Source: Mustelus asterias | Taxonomy: Eukaryota | Assembly: GCF_964213995.1 (NCBI RefSeq) | Contig: NC_135815.1 | Coordinates: 11,408,001 to 11,472,000 of the forward strand | Direction: 5' to 3' | DNA length: 64,000 nucleotides | Part shown: piece after piece, positions 37,663-51,014 of the stretch | How the letters are laid out: the number at the start of each line of letters is the position of its first letter | Numbering within the stretch: position 1 is the first letter of the stretch | Translations under genes and position numbers: made by a program | Notes under the pieces: model-generated | What the model saw: only the letters and a program-made list of their open reading frames with translations | What the model was told of the DNA's origin: nothing | Databases searched by the model: none

Positions 37663-38622
37663 TGTTAGGGACCAGATCAGAAACTTCAAGGTATTTTATG
37701 AAGTTAGTCGAAACGCCAACTTTTTTTGATTGTGACATAGGGCGAGCATAAGGTGTTTCACTCCAAGTATGGTTCAATGAACCCACTAGGAAGCTTTTAT
37801 TAAAACAAACTTTATTGAACAAAACAAGTAAACTCTAACAAAAAGAATCAACATAATTTTTACCAACTGAAAATACTTAAACATGACAAGGTATAGTTCT
37901 TAACAGCTAACCATCTCAAAAGTTCCAGTGTAAGCAATAACCCTACAGACATAACTATTCAGACTGTTAGCACCAAAAAAAATAGTCTCACATGGATGCT
38001 GAATTCCCATCCTTTTAACCCCTCTGGACAGATAGAGAAAGACACCTACCTGTCTTCTGACTCCCAAGCAGCAGCCTCCAGGGAAAGGGACTTATTTCCT
38101 GTCAGATCCCAGTCTCCAAATCCAGAGAGAAAGCTACCTCTCTCTAAAGATTCCAAGTAGCACCTGACTTGATTTCTCTGTGTAAGCCTAATCCCACCCA
38201 GTCACATGATCTTTCATGTTCATCAACCTCATTAAGCCCTATTCTGAAAAAAAACCCAGGGTAAAACACAAAAATAACAAGTGTTAGCCCATATTAAAAC
38301 AAACATTTGAGTAATTAACCAAAAGAGAAAATGCTGGAAAGTCTCAGCAGGTCTGACAACATCTGTAAAGAGAGAAAAGAGCTAATGTTTCGAATCCAGG
38401 TGACCCTTTGTCAAACCTTTTTCTCCTTACAGATGCTGCCAGACCTGCTGAGATTTTCCAGCATTTTTTCTTTTGGTTTCAGATTCCAGCATCTGCAGTA
38501 ATTTGCTTTTATTTGAGTAATTAAGATCAATTATGCTGCTGTTAAAAGAACTGACTGCTAAAACAAATCCTGCCCAAAAAACATGACACAAACACATTTA
38601 TTAAAGGCATAGTATCATCACA
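37663..38622 (-). mobile_element. Probable solo LTR (TGT...ACA) containing a Penelope insertion
   Basis: Interrupts the CR1 coding motif; flanks ATAT/GTAT (4-bp TSD, one mismatch); minus-strand AATAAA near 37800. Confidence 0.65.
38319..38510. mobile_element. Inverted pair of Penelope terminal fragments with a 14-bp flanking duplication
   Basis: ATTTGAGTAATTAA at 38305-38318 and 38511-38524; the internal arms are reverse complements. Confidence 0.8.
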
Positions 38623-39459
38623 GTATTAATGACCTCGATGTGGAACCAGTAATGTATTTAGGTTTGCAGACTATCTAAAGTTAAATGGGAATACAAGATG
38701 TGAGGAGGACACAGAAAGACTGCAAAGAAACATAAGTTGAGGGGGCATCAAGCAGACAGATGTGGAGAAGCCTGGAGAAGTTATTCATTTTGTTCACAAT
38801 AGAAAGGCAGAATATTTTTTTAAAAGGTGTGAAACTTGTGAATACTGATTTTTAAGAGGGGCTTGGGTAAAACCATACAAGGAAGACAAAGTTGACAGGC
38901 AGGTACAGCAAGAATTAGGAAAGCAAATAGCATTTTGGTCTTTATTGTAAGTGGATTAATGTACAAGTAAAATGAGTCTTACTACAATTGTTCAGGGATC
39001 TGGAATACTGTGTGCAGTTTTGGGTGTCCATATTTAAGGAAGGATATATTTGCATTGGAGGCAGTACAGTGAAGGTTCACTAGATTGATTCCTGAGATGT
39101 AGGTGAGTCAAAAAATGAAATATACCTCCTAGTACAGTTGATCTATCAGCCTCAAATTATCTGAAGAAGATACTCAACTGTCTTGGCAATGTTCATTAAA
39201 ACAGGTTTGTGCGGCAAACAGCAGCAAACAGATTAGGAAGAGGAAATGGAGTTAAAATGTGAGCTGAGATCAACAGAAAGGAGGGTTTTGCAGGTGTGTA
39301 TCTAATTTGCTCTTGACCTCCCAATATAGAGACCGCACCATAAACAATGGTCATAATACACTAGTTTTAAATAATTATGGGCTGAAGTCCCATTTTAGAG
39401 TTGTGCATATAAGTTAAACAGATACTCCAGTGAATTACAAGAGAGTGTTGCACTGACTT

Positions 39460-39585
39460 TTGGCGAGCCTGAATCAATCTCCTTGTTTGCTCAAAAAACC
39501 AAATTCATCATTGAATCCAATTCATTGTCCCCACAGAGGAAACGTACAAGATAAGCCCATCATGGGCTTGATCTTAGCCAAAAGG
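39460..39585 (-). mobile_element. Repeat with U2 snRNA-derived head, copy 2
   Basis: 39567-39585 antisense reads CCTTTTGGCTAAGATCAAG, exactly U2 nt 13-31; body GGGGACAATGAAT.GGATTCA...TTTT.GAGCAA.CAAG is shared with copy 1. Confidence 0.6.
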
Positions 39586-40363
39586 TGATAGCTGAAACAG
39601 ATTGGTCATTTATTTCATTGTTGTTTGCGGGAGCTACTTTTGTACAATTTGGCTGCACCCTTTCAGCATTACAACAATGATTGCATATCTAGGAGTACTT
39701 AATTGATTGTAAATTACTTAATAATGCATTAAATGAATTCCCACGAATGAATAAAGAAATGATGAATTGTGCTATATAAATGTAAGTTTTTGTTTTTTTA
39801 ATAAACTTTCAGCTTCACCACTCCCACTCGTGCCCATTGATGAATGGCAAGAGGTCCACGAGTTAGAGATTCTATCTGCATTTAACTAACTTGAATTTTC
39901 AGTCTACAGCCCTTCCAGAAAAGTTCGAAAATCACGAACTTATCACATGATTGCATTGGTAGCTGTACACATGCTATACATTTATAAAACTATTTTTTTA
40001 TTTAATGAGGCAATTTACAATTTTACCGAATAGCCAACTTTGAACTCTGCTATTTTGAGATAAGTATGGTCGTATTTTGAGATATGACATACCCTTTATT
40101 CCACTTTTAAGGCTAATTCGTTCAATTACAATAAGTTAAATTCGGATCAGTTTCTCAGTTGTGATTATGTACCAACTAAGTGAAAGAAAAGCAATCAGAC
40201 CACGGAGGTGATTTTTTTTGTATTGTCTCTCTCCTGGCATTTTGAATCGTCTTACAGAAACTGCTAATGACGATGTGTGTGTCAGAGAATAGACGCAATA
40301 AAGCGTCTTTGTGTGACTGACTAACGTCTGATAACAGCGGCGAGGTTGGGTGGGACCAGCAAC

Positions 40364-40442
40364 ATGGTGACCAGGGGCAGGAGAGACATTCCCAGACTGA
40401 AAACGGAATCTCACATCATTGTATTGAAAAGAGGAAGTACAG
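40364..40442 (+). CDS. SYNJ2BP/OMP25-like PDZ protein exon 1
   Basis: AACATGG Kozak context; MVTRGRRDIPRLKTESHIIVLKRGST+G|gtcag, phase 1; parallels human EEINLTRGPS+G. Confidence 0.8.
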
Positions 40443-40799
40443 GTCAGCAGAGAAATTCTGGCATCCTCCATGCTCAGTTCGGAACAGGATATAAATTGTT
40501 ATCTTGGATCAGCAGTACTGGGGTTGTTAAAGTGCATCCAACATTTTTTTTAAATGGCATTTTTACAATACTTTAATTCTCACCAGTATTCTGTCCTTAC
40601 AAAGACTGGTAAAGGAAAATTAGTCTTAAGATTGAAATTTATATGGTAATAGCATATTTCCCAAAACCTTTTGTACTTGTAGCTTTTGCTGTAATGTAGG
40701 AAGTAGCACAAGTTGCAACAAAATAATGACCACTTGATGATTGATGCTGGTTCAGCGTTATATATTTACCAGGACACCAAGGAAAATAATCTCATGAAT

Positions 40800-42215
40800 A
40801 AAATAAGCAAAATACTGGAGATACTAGAATCTGGAGGAAGGACAGAGGATGCTGGAAAAACTCAGCAGGTCTGGTAGCATCTACCAGTAGAGAAAGTAGA
40901 TTTCAAGTCTTTTGACTCTTCCTCAGAACTGAAGGGAGGGAGAATGTGGTAGAGCTGTGAGAGATTGCAACAAAGAGTAGCAACTTTAAGAACAAAATCC
41001 AAATGGTCTGGTGTGGAAGGAGATAGGGGCATTGCATTGAGGCATCTACACACATGTGATATTTTAAAAAGCGTTTAAAATGGAGGAGAAAGGCCACAAT
41101 CTAAATAAAAGCAAATGACTGCAGCTGCTGGAATCTGAAACCAAAAGAGAAAATGCTGGAAAATCTCAGAAGGTTGGCAACATCTGTAAAGGAAAGAAAA
41201 GAACTGATGTTTCAAGTCCAAATGACCCAATCTCCTTCCAGATGCTGCCAGATCTGCTGAGATTTTCCAGCATTTGATTTGATTTATTATTGTCACATGT
41301 ATTAACATACAGTGAAAAGTATTGTTTCTTGCTCGCTATACAGACAAAACATGCTGTTCATAGAGAAGGAAATGAGAGAGTGCAGAATGTAGTGTTACAG
41401 TCAGAGCTAGGGTGTAGAGAAAGATCAACTTAATGCAAGGTTTTCAAATTCAGAAGTCTGACAGCAGCAGGGAAGAAGCTGTTCTTGAGTTGGTTGGTAC
41501 GTGACCTCAGACTTTTGTACCTTTTTCCCGAAGGAAGAAGTGGAAGAGAGAATGTCCAGGGTGTGTGGGGTCCTTAATTATGCTGGCTGCTTTGCCGAGG
41601 CAGCGGGAAGTGTAGACAGAGTCAATGGATGGGAGGCTGGTTTGCATGATGGATTGGATTTTCTCTTTCCGACACAATCAAACGTTGCTCAACTCAACAT
41701 TGAGTCCAGCGAGTTGAAAATGCTTAATAACCAGAAGATGAGATGCTGCTCCTCCAGCTTGCACCAAACTTCACTGGAGCATTGCAGCAGGCCAAGGATG
41801 GACATGTGAAAATGGCAAGCAACAAGAAGGTTAAGGTCATGCTTCCGGACTGAATAAAGGTGTTCCGCAAAGTGGTCTCCCTACTGTAGAGGAGACTGCA
41901 TTGGGAACAGCAGACACAACAGGCCAAACCAAAGGAAGTGCAAGTGAAATACTGCTTAACCTAAAAGGAATATTTGGGGCCTTGAATGGTGAGGCAATAT
42001 GAGATATAGAGGCGCAGGTGTTGCACTTTATGCGATTGCAAGGGAAAGTGCCATGGGAAGGGGATGGAGAATTGGACATGGTTGAGGAGAAAACAAGGGT
42101 ATTGTGAGCTCTTCCTGCGGAATGCTGACGGAGTTGAGGGGAAGATGTGTTTCATTGTAGCATCGTGCTGGAGTTGGTGGAAATGGAGGAGGATGATCCT
42201 TTTGAATGTAAATGA
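40800..42215 (-). mobile_element. Penelope family-2 remnants with nested insertions
   Basis: Degenerate GIY-YIG CSQCSLLY..ET (ORF 41724-41927); terminal repeats at 40800-40931 and 41104-41272. Confidence 0.7.
41273..41660 (-). mobile_element. Rex1/Babar-type LINE 3' end
   Basis: Same sequence family as 24071 and 52592. Confidence 0.85.
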
Positions 42216-43995
42216 TGGAAGGGGTCATCAACAGCGCCAACAAATGGCATTTGCTTAACAATAATCTGTCCACTGAAGTTCAGTTTGGGTTCCACCAGGA
42301 CCACTCTGCTCTTGCCTCATTACAGCTTTGGTTCAAACATGGACAAAAGAACTGAATGCCAGAGATGAGGTGAGACTGACTACTCTTGACAACAAGGCAG
42401 CGTTTGACCAAACATGACATCAAGGAGCCCTAGCAAAACTGGGGTAAAGGAGAATCAGGGTGGAAACGCTCAACTGGTTAGAGTCATACCTGGCACAAAG
42501 GAAGATGGTTGAGATGATTGGAGATTAATTCTCTCAATTCCAGGACATCACTGCAGGAGCTCCTCATCTTCAGCTGTTTCATTAACAATGTTCCTTCTAT
42601 CATATGGTCAGAAGTGGGGATGTTCGCTGATGATTGCACAATGTTCAACACCATCCATGCCTCCACAGATACAGAGGCAATCAATGCCCAAATGCAGCAA
42701 GACTTGGACAATATCCAGGCTTGGGCTGACAAATGGTAATTAACATTTGTGCTGCAAAAGTGCCAGGCAATGACCATCTCTGACAAGAGAGGATCTAACT
42801 ATTGCCTCTTGACATTTAATCAAATTGGAGATGGTCATTGCCTGGCACTTTTGCAGCACAAATGTGAATCCCCCACTATCAACATCCTGGGGGTTACCAC
42901 TGAACTTGACTGGCCATATAAATACTGTGCTACAAAAGCAGTTCCAAGGTTAGGAATCCTGCAGTGAGTAACTCACTTGTTGACTCCCCAAAGCCTGTCC
43001 ACCATTTACAAGACCACAAGTCAGCTGTGTGATGGAATACTCTCCACTTGCCTGGATGAATGCAGATCCAACAACGCTCAAGAAGCTTGATACCAGCCAG
43101 GAGAAAGCAGCTTCCTTGATTGGTAACCTTTGCACAAATTTCCAATCCCTCCACCAACGATGAACAGTAGCAGCAGTGTGTACCATCCACAAGACACACT
43201 CCAGGAACTCACCAAGGCTCCTCAGGCAGCACCTTTCAAACTGACAACCTCGACCATCTAGAACAGGTTTCCCAAACATTTCCAGCCACGGAACCCTTTT
43301 AACCTCCCAAGAGTACAAAGAAGCTCTGAGAAACATCCTTATTATTTGAAGAATCAAACCACAAAAAAAATGCAATAGGTACAAACATACAAAAACAAAC
43401 TTAAAATGTGTTTGTGTCTTGTATGTGTACAGTTATAATAAAAAGTCCTATTATTCAACAAATACTTCCAAGTCTTACCTTTTTGTCATTTTTAATGGAA
43501 ACTCACCCCACTCATCCTCACCCTCACCCACCCACACTGTCACCCACTCATCTTCCACTTGGGCCCCTACTCTTCACAGCTTTGGCTCTTCTTGGTGCCC
43601 CTGACTATGGTTTTTCTCAGGGGCCCTCCAACCCCAACCTTGGATCCTTTTGGACTGCCTTCCCCCAACTCGGCTCTTCTCGCTGTCCCCCGGCCTCAGT
43701 TCTTCTCAGACTGACTGCAGAACATCTCAGGCATCCCATGGAACCCAATTTGTGAATCTCTGATCTCGAAGGACAAGAGTAAGTCACTCACCATCTTTAC
43801 TTGGAAATATATCGCCATTCCTTCACTGTCGCTGGGTCAAAATCCTGGAACTCCCTGACAGCACTGTGGGAGTACCTACACCTCATGGACTGTAGCAGTT
43901 CAAGGAGGCAGCTCACCACCACCAGCTCAAGGGCAACTAGGGATGGGCAATAAATGTTGACCCAGTGTGTGACGCCCACATCCCATAAATGAATT
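42215..43995 (+). mobile_element. CR1-group LINE (second family), split by a hAT MITE
   Basis: FSCFINNVPSII.SEVGMFADDCTMF...MQQDLDNIQAWADKW; 3' end GGGCAACTAGGGATGGGCAATAAATG...GACGCCCACATCCCAT. Confidence 0.85.
43264..43762. mobile_element. Non-autonomous hAT (Charlie-like) DNA transposon
   Basis: Imperfect TIRs CAGGTTTCCCAAAC / TTTGTGAATCTCTG; 8-bp TSD ATCTAGAA / ATCTCGAA, matching the NTCTAGAN target preference. Confidence 0.75.
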
Positions 43996-45174
43996 TTTAA
44001 AATTGAGAATTGCTCTGCATTTCTGTTTTTCTGCCCAAACTGGATAACTTCACATTTTTCCACATTAAATTCCAACTGCTATGTTCTTACCCATTGAGTT
44101 CGCCCCTCTAAATCACCTTGAAGACTCTTAACATCTCTGTCACAACTCACATATGGCCCATGGATTTGTTTACTTCTATTTGTGCCATCAATTCATCTTC
44201 CTTACTGCAAATGTGGTGTGCATTCATTTAGAATGCCTTTCATTCTCGTTAGTATTTTCACAATCTCGAGCTTTATTTGTTGGTGCACTCAAGTTTGTCT
44301 GCTCTCTCTCTTCCTGCCACTCTCTGATTATCATTTTCCTTAATGCTACCCTACTCTCTTGCTATCTTAGAGGTTATTTTTTTTACCACAAAGAACCAGT
44401 TTACTGAATTAAGTCTGCCCTATGGACTTTTAAATCATAAACTTAGTTGTGAATCTAACAGAACCATAGTTTTAAAGTAATTAATTTGTTGTTACACACT
44501 TGGGAACATCCTGAGATAGTGGTAACGTGCTAAATAAGTGTAATCTCTTCCTAATAGTGGAACAGAAGACGCATGACAAAATGAGATGATGTAGCTTGTT
44601 ACATGGGAAAAGCTGATTCCAGAATTTATGCGTGATAAAGTAATTGCAGTGAATTAGTTGTTGAATGGAAGCCAGCATTTCAATTTAGACAAATTTTAAA
44701 CAACATCATGGACTGAATGCTTGCTGAATGTAAAAGAGCCAGCTGGAAACTTTCTTCAGTGTTAAATGGGTGAAGAGGAACAGAAGAGTAGCACTATGAC
44801 TTCATATTGCAGGAAGTAGTGTTTAAAATTGGAGTACAGAGATGAGTGAAATGTTCTACAGCTGACCAGATGTCCTATTCGGTCCAACTGCCCACATGTA
44901 TCACTGTCAGCAATATACACATCAGTCATTGTCTGATCGATTAGTGGAACAGGCTGAATAGCCTGCTTTTGTTCCACTGTTCCATTTCACCTGTGTTTCC
45001 ACCAATTGCCCTAGGTCAGAGAGCCACATTCAGACTTCCCCAGCAAGTTTTTGTATCATCTTTGGAAAGTGGGTGTTGCTGAAAAAGCTGGCCATCACTT
45101 GTTGACCTGACTGGCTCTTCAGAAGGTAGTTATTTTTGACCATTTTGGCATCTGACTTGAATCACTGGGCAGCA

Positions 45175-45460
45175 AGTGGTTAGCACTGCTGCCTCACAAC
45201 GCCAGGAACCTGGGTTTGATTCCCGGCTTGGGTCACTGTCTGTGCAGAGTCTGTACATTCTTCCCATGTCTGCATGGGTTTCCTTCAGGTGCTCCAGTTT
45301 CCTCCCACAGTCCAAAAGACATGCTGGTTAGGTGCATTGGCCATGCTAAATTCTCCCTTGGTGTACGTGAACAAGCGCCGGAGTGGAAACTAGGGGATTT
45401 TCACAGTAACTTCATTGCAGTGTTAACTTGTGACTAATAAATAAACTTTAAACTTAAACT
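45175..45460 (+). mobile_element. HE1-like V-SINE, tail B
   Basis: V-domain; ends GACTAATAAATAAACTTTAAACTTAAAC. Confidence 0.88.
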
Positions 45461-45845
45461 TGATTAAGGACAGCAGTTTCCTTCTTAAAAGAACATTAGT
45501 AAACAAGCTAGGGTTTTGTCACAGGCTGACAGTTTCATGGTCACTTTTACTGACCAGATTTCAACTGAATTCAAATACTCAAACTGCCATAGTGGGATTT
45601 GCACTAAAATTCCTTGGGTTATTTCTCTGGATTTTTAGCCTGGTAATAAACACCTCAATAACCGATAAGTGCCCCATCTTTTTTTCGCAGTTTCAACTCA
45701 CTTGCCTTAATGATTTTATATGTATAAATAGATGATAATAGCTATCTCCAGTGCGAACAAGATTATTATTGAAGAGTTCTATTGTACCTAACATTACAAT
45801 TCAGTGTCATTTTGATTTACATTCATGCTTGGTACTTATTTACAG

Positions 45846-45982
45846 GGTTTGGGTTTAACATCTTAGGAGGAGTGGATAAACCCTGTTATCCTGGAAATTT
45901 TGGAATCTATGTTGCTAAAATAAGAGAAAATGAATCGGCAGCTCTTGATGGAAGACTTAGAGAGGGTGACAAGATCTTGGAG
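45846..45982 (+). CDS. SYNJ2BP/OMP25-like PDZ protein exon 2
   Basis: ttacag|(G)[45 protein letters not shown]|gtatg, 137 nt. PDZ carboxylate-binding loop and the DGRL.EGDKIL motif of SYNJ2BP. Confidence 0.92.
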
Positions 45983-48088
45983 GTATGTTCCTGCAATTGT
46001 TTTGATCTAAACATGATTTTTTTCTGGAATTATGGATTATGGCAATGAAAAAAAAAAATCAAAACAGAAAATTTGATAGGTCTCCCAGCATCTGAGAAGA
46101 CTGGTTAATATTTGTTATGTATTTTTTTGTCAGAACTCAAAAGGTGTGAGCTTCAGAAAATTGAACAAGAGAAGCACTTAAATGGTCAGCTAACAAGTTT
46201 TAGTTTGTCCATATGATGTGGGTGTCACTGGCACAGCTGGTCCCATTCCAAATTACCCTTGAGAAGGTCTTCGTGAACAGCTGCAGTCCATGGGGTGTAG
46301 GTACACACACAGTGTTGTTAAGGAGGAAGTTCCAGGATTTTGGCCCAGTAGCAGTCAATAGTGGTTTGTTTCCAAGTCAGGATGGCTTGTGATTTGAAGG
46401 GGAACTTGCAGGTGGTGGTATTCCCATGTCCCTGCTCCCCTGGTTATGATAGGCAGTAGGGGTTGTGGGTTTGGAAGTATCATGCTCAGCGCAAGTATGG
46501 GAATTTTGGATATTCAAGACAACTGTAAGTTTGTACTTTGTGAAATGGCCACAAACTCTGATAAGGTTGCTGCAACTTAACATGTAACTGTGGGCATTTA
46601 AACTATGAAAAGTATTTGATTCTGTGGCCAACATTTAGTTAAACAGGACTGGAATAAGGGTATTTTGCAGCCACCTATGAATTTAAACATCTCATTGTTT
46701 AAAGATGGACCAATATTTGAGGAATATGGGATCACTAGACTGGCCACCAGGTGCCATATTGAACAAAGGAAACTATCTGAACTCAAGTTGGGACAGAGTG
46801 AAAGACCATTGTCAACTACTATTGTATCATGGTGGTCTGAACCCCAGATGTGTCTGTCATCTGACTGAAACTAACTTTCTGGGATTGCAGTATAATATAA
46901 CCTGAGCGAAGCAAATCTGGGAGGAAGAATGATCTGAAACAGCTGAATGTCTTCTAATGCAGCCCAAAGTACTCTATTTGTTCCAGTTTCCAAGTCGACT
47001 TGAGAACCAATCTCCTAGCTATTTGTAGACAAGAAGCTGTGCAGTTTTTTTTTTGTTTCTAAATGACCTTCACTCCAACTAAAGTATCAACTCAACTAAG
47101 AAGATATCAGGCCTACATTGACATTGAGACTGAGTTAGACATCCCATTTTTATAATTACAGATTTAACTTAATCTGTATCTAACCTTTGCATGTGTGGTA
47201 GTGTGAGTGAGATACGTGATTGAGATGTTGCATTTCAAAATTGGAGCAAGTGTATGATAATAAATAACTTAAAACCACCAAAAGCCTGCTGCTCGAATTC
47301 ATTTTTAATTGGAAAAAATCATCTGAAAACCAGGAAATACACAAACCTTACATACAAACATCCTGATTATGGACTGGAAAGGACCTGACAAATTATGTCT
47401 GCTGTCGAAGGAGCCTTGGCGAGTTGGTGGTGTGCATCTTGTAGATGGTATACACTGCAGCCATGGTGCACTGGTGATGGAGGGAGTGGATGGTTAACAG
47501 TACTTAACTACGCCACTGTTGGTCAAAATTAACTCCGTCAGTGGTTCAATTATGAAGCTTTCGTAAAAAAAACTATCTTCACCTCTAAGCTTATCCACAA
47601 GGATGCCACCAGGCTTCCTCCAATCGTTATTTGAAGCTATCCCAATGAGGTGATCATTTCCTACTTTCATGATTGGCAAGGTGCTTGGAAAGCATTTGAT
47701 TGCCATTTTCAGCTCAACCATCAAGGTATGACACAGTCAAGATTGAAGAAAATAAAAGATGAGTTAAATAGTGTACTGTTTTGAAGCTAAGCTCAGAGTT
47801 TAAATGCTGAAAATTATAGGAGTAACTGGAAGGTAAGGATTCTCACAGTTTTGAAAATTGAGTTATGAAAGTGCAATGAAGTTTAATTAGTAGTACATGT
47901 TCAGTAGAGGAAAAGCATATAGACAGAAAAGAACCTTTTCTTGAGCTACTTTTGAATCCACATTCTAAATGTGAAAGAACAGTGCTAACCCATTGCACAA
48001 TCTAGTCCCCATCCAAAATTTGCATTAAAATTATCACTTGCAACTGCACTGCTACTTCATTGTACCTCGTTTGATCTCCTGTCTTTAG

Positions 48089-48187
48089 GCTGGTGGAGTT
48101 TCACTTGTTAATGTACAGCATGAGGAAGCAGCAGAAATTTTTCGGAACGTGACCAACAATGAGTTAGTATTACTAATTGAGAGGCAG
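48089..48187 (+). CDS. SYNJ2BP/OMP25-like PDZ protein exon 3
   Basis: ctttag|AGGVSLVNVQHEEAAEIFRNVTNNELVLLIERQ|gtaag, 99 nt. PDZ alphaB helix with His (compare HQDAVDLFRNA). Confidence 0.88.
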
Positions 48188-48734
48188 GTAAGGAACAATT
48201 CAAAAGAAATCAATTCTTTGCGATAGATTTTTGTGGATAGAGTCAGCTAGAGCAACTTATGTTTGGTAACACTGATACAGACCATAGCACACCCCAATAT
48301 AGGAAGTGCTCTTCACAAGAAGGTAAATAAGATCCCACCAGGGGAAAGCAATTCCTTGTCAGGACAGGGTAGGTTAGCCCTGAACATTCTGCTCTTCTAA
48401 GCCAATACATCATTTGAATGAATATACGGTCACTCAGTTACCATGTAAGCAAAATGTGTGGCACCTTCACCAACATGTAAACTAATTTCAAACTCTGCGT
48501 AAATTTAAAAAATATATATTGGAACTCTATTTTTGCTTCGGCAATTTTAGTAATAGGGTAATATGCAGCACGTCTTTGAAGAAACACTTTCATAAAGAAA
48601 CTGTTTAAGAGTCAGGTTTTGGAATTGTTGGTTTCAGCCTTATTTGAGCCACTGATTTCAATCTATTCTTAATTGTTTTGTACGTAAGCAAAGCATGTAC
48701 ATTGTTGACACAGCGACTGGACAGCATATAATGG

Positions 48735-49035
48735 TCCTAGAATTTTTTTACAGTGCGGAAGGAGGCCATTTGGCCCATTGGGTCTGCACCAACTCTCCAA
48801 AAGAACATCTTACTCAGCCCCCCCCCCCCCCCCCCCCGCCCCATAACACCATGCGTTTACCGTGGCTAATCCATCCAACCTACATGCCTTTTGCAGTGTA
48901 GGAGGAAACTGGAGCACACGGAGGAAACCCACGCAGACACAGAGAGAACGTGCAAACTACACACAGACAATTACCCAAGGCCGGAAACGAACCCAGGTTC
49001 CTGGTGCTGCGGGGCAGCAGTGCTAACCACTGTGT
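48735..49035 (-). mobile_element. HE1-like V-SINE with an internal poly-C run
   Basis: Antisense head and V-domain; C-run at 48818-48837. Confidence 0.8.
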
Positions 49036-49209
49036 CAATGTCCTGTTCGAGAAGCAAAAATAATGGACATTACAAAGAGAAAGGAAACCTTTTCTTGATG
49101 AACGATTCCCTTTTCTTTCCTATAATTTTTTTTGGGACTCGAAGCTCACACCGCGTATCATTCTCAGCAGAGGATGATGATGTATCCTTTGCACAGAAAT
49201 TAGAAACAA

Positions 49210-50260
49210 GGGGCTGGATTTGACAGTGCCTGCCAGGCGTGTTTTCAGCAGGGGTGGGTGCATGTAAAATACGAGGGGTGCCCAGCCCACAAACATTCCA
49301 CTTCGGCAGCCTGCCTCCATATTTAAATAAATGTCAATTGAGCTCGTTAAGAAGCCAGTTAACCCGGACAATACCCTGGTTGACATGGACAGGCAGGAGT
49401 GGGCAAGGCAGGGAGGGGTACATTCTCTGGGGGTGTCTCTGTGTGCATCAGTTGCACCTGGCCTCCAAAACCAGCTCCTTCACCCGCCCCCATCCCCAGC
49501 TGTCCCTGTCCTTTTGCTACCTGATTCTCTCCCTGCCCAAAAAGACCCAACCTATCTGGCTCCAAAGTCCATCTTGTCTTCCTCATGGGTGTGCTTGCAG
49601 TCCCAGCAGCTATTCCACTGGCCGGACTGGCCAATCTGTCTTCCAATTGAATTATCATCCAGTTTAGCCCACCTGCAGCATGTCATGGCTGCAGTCCGGT
49701 CCTCCATAGATAACATCCAGCCCAGGGTGCCTTTTGACAGCAACCTGAGAAGACTCTTGTGTTTCTCTGTGGAAAGCATGACCTCTGCTCCTCAATCTTC
49801 TTCAACAGCATAGCTGAGATTGATAATTATGTGCAGATTTCTAAACTTAGTCCTTATCACAAAGGCTGCAACCAGCAAGGTGAGATTTTGAAATGTACAT
49901 ACCTGAATATGGAATTCGTAACAGCAAAAATCCTGTTCCTGACTCCACAGTCAAAGGACTGCGACCACCTCCAGCCATCAATTTCCCTGCCATCCTCACC
50001 AGATCACTGCTGCCTCTGCTTCCTAACCATCCTTCCCCCAACCTGCCTCTCATTCATGCCCTTTCCTCATTAGTTGGGGGTCACTATGGTGCCAGCAGTA
50101 GCCTGATCTCCCATTGTGCTCGTCTGATGCTTTCAGCAGCGACATGGATGAGACTTAATAGGCCCATAATCAGGGATGCCTCAGCCCTCACCGTGCAGAC
50201 ATGCTCAAATTTCTCAGCCACACTGTTACACAAAGCCAACATTTCTAAAACTATTCAAGT
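49210..50260 (-). mobile_element. Possible decayed PIF/Harbinger element
   Basis: GC-richer block starting GGGGCTGGATTT; weak Myb/SANT-like remnant DLVR..GK..AGGG..PLT on the minus strand. Confidence 0.35.
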
Positions 50261-51014
50261 GATGTTTTTCAGGTTGGATGTCAGCTTGACAATGAGGTGT
50301 GTTCAACAGCCGAATGGAAGCCACCACAACTCTGGCAGGTCATTTGAATATCTTCCCCTGTGTATTAAAACAATGTGGTATAGATTTCATTATACAGCTT
50401 TCCCTCGGGTTCAACAACAAAAACTTCTATTGATATACTAAAATATCTCAAGGTGCTTCACAGGGACATCTATAATTTGACATTGAGAGACGTGAGATAT
50501 TAGGGCAGATTGGTTTTAAGGAGTGTCTTAAAGGAGAAAGACAGGAGAGGCTTAAGCAGGAAATTCCAGAGGTTCTCCTTTATCTGCAATATACTGAAAA
50601 CAAAACATACATAAATTACACTACACTCTTTATTGCAATTGCAAACAAACTTAAAAAGCACGAGGAAAAAAAGAGATAGTTACATAATGATAGGTGCTCC
50701 TGACCTGAAGCAGAAATGACAGCCATAATTTTTTAAGTTCCCTGACCAAGCTACAATTAAACTGAGTGATTTAACCTGTATTTGCTTTAAAGAGACACAG
50801 ATCCACCCAGCAGAATAATACTTTGTGTTGTGCTTTGTATAAACCTCCCATCCTGAAAAGCAGAATATCCTTTGGCTTGTCTTGAACAATAACACAGGAA
50901 TATTTTGGTATTTAAAATTGGAATATGGACATCCCAACCAGAATGATAGCTGGATTGAGAGGATTAAATTATGAGCACAACTTGCATAAGCCCAGCTTCC
51001 ATTCCCTTAAGTTT

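Larger units (their letters stand above)
37445..39105 (+). mobile_element. Degraded CR1 split by a solo LTR
   Basis: RT remnants on both sides; the IYINDL motif is broken at 37662/38623. Confidence 0.7.

Noticed and set aside
39567-39585. Functional U2 snRNA gene
   Set aside because: Only 19 nt match; the branch-point recognition region, Sm site and 3' stem-loops are absent.
46500-47395. Possible additional solo LTRs (also 5525-6245 and 17530-18170)
   Set aside because: LTR-like composition, but I could not define matching termini and TSDs.
49239-50441. Cluster of 100-180 aa ORFs as an intronic nested gene
   Set aside because: No coherent domain or splice structure; better explained as a decayed GC-richer transposon.
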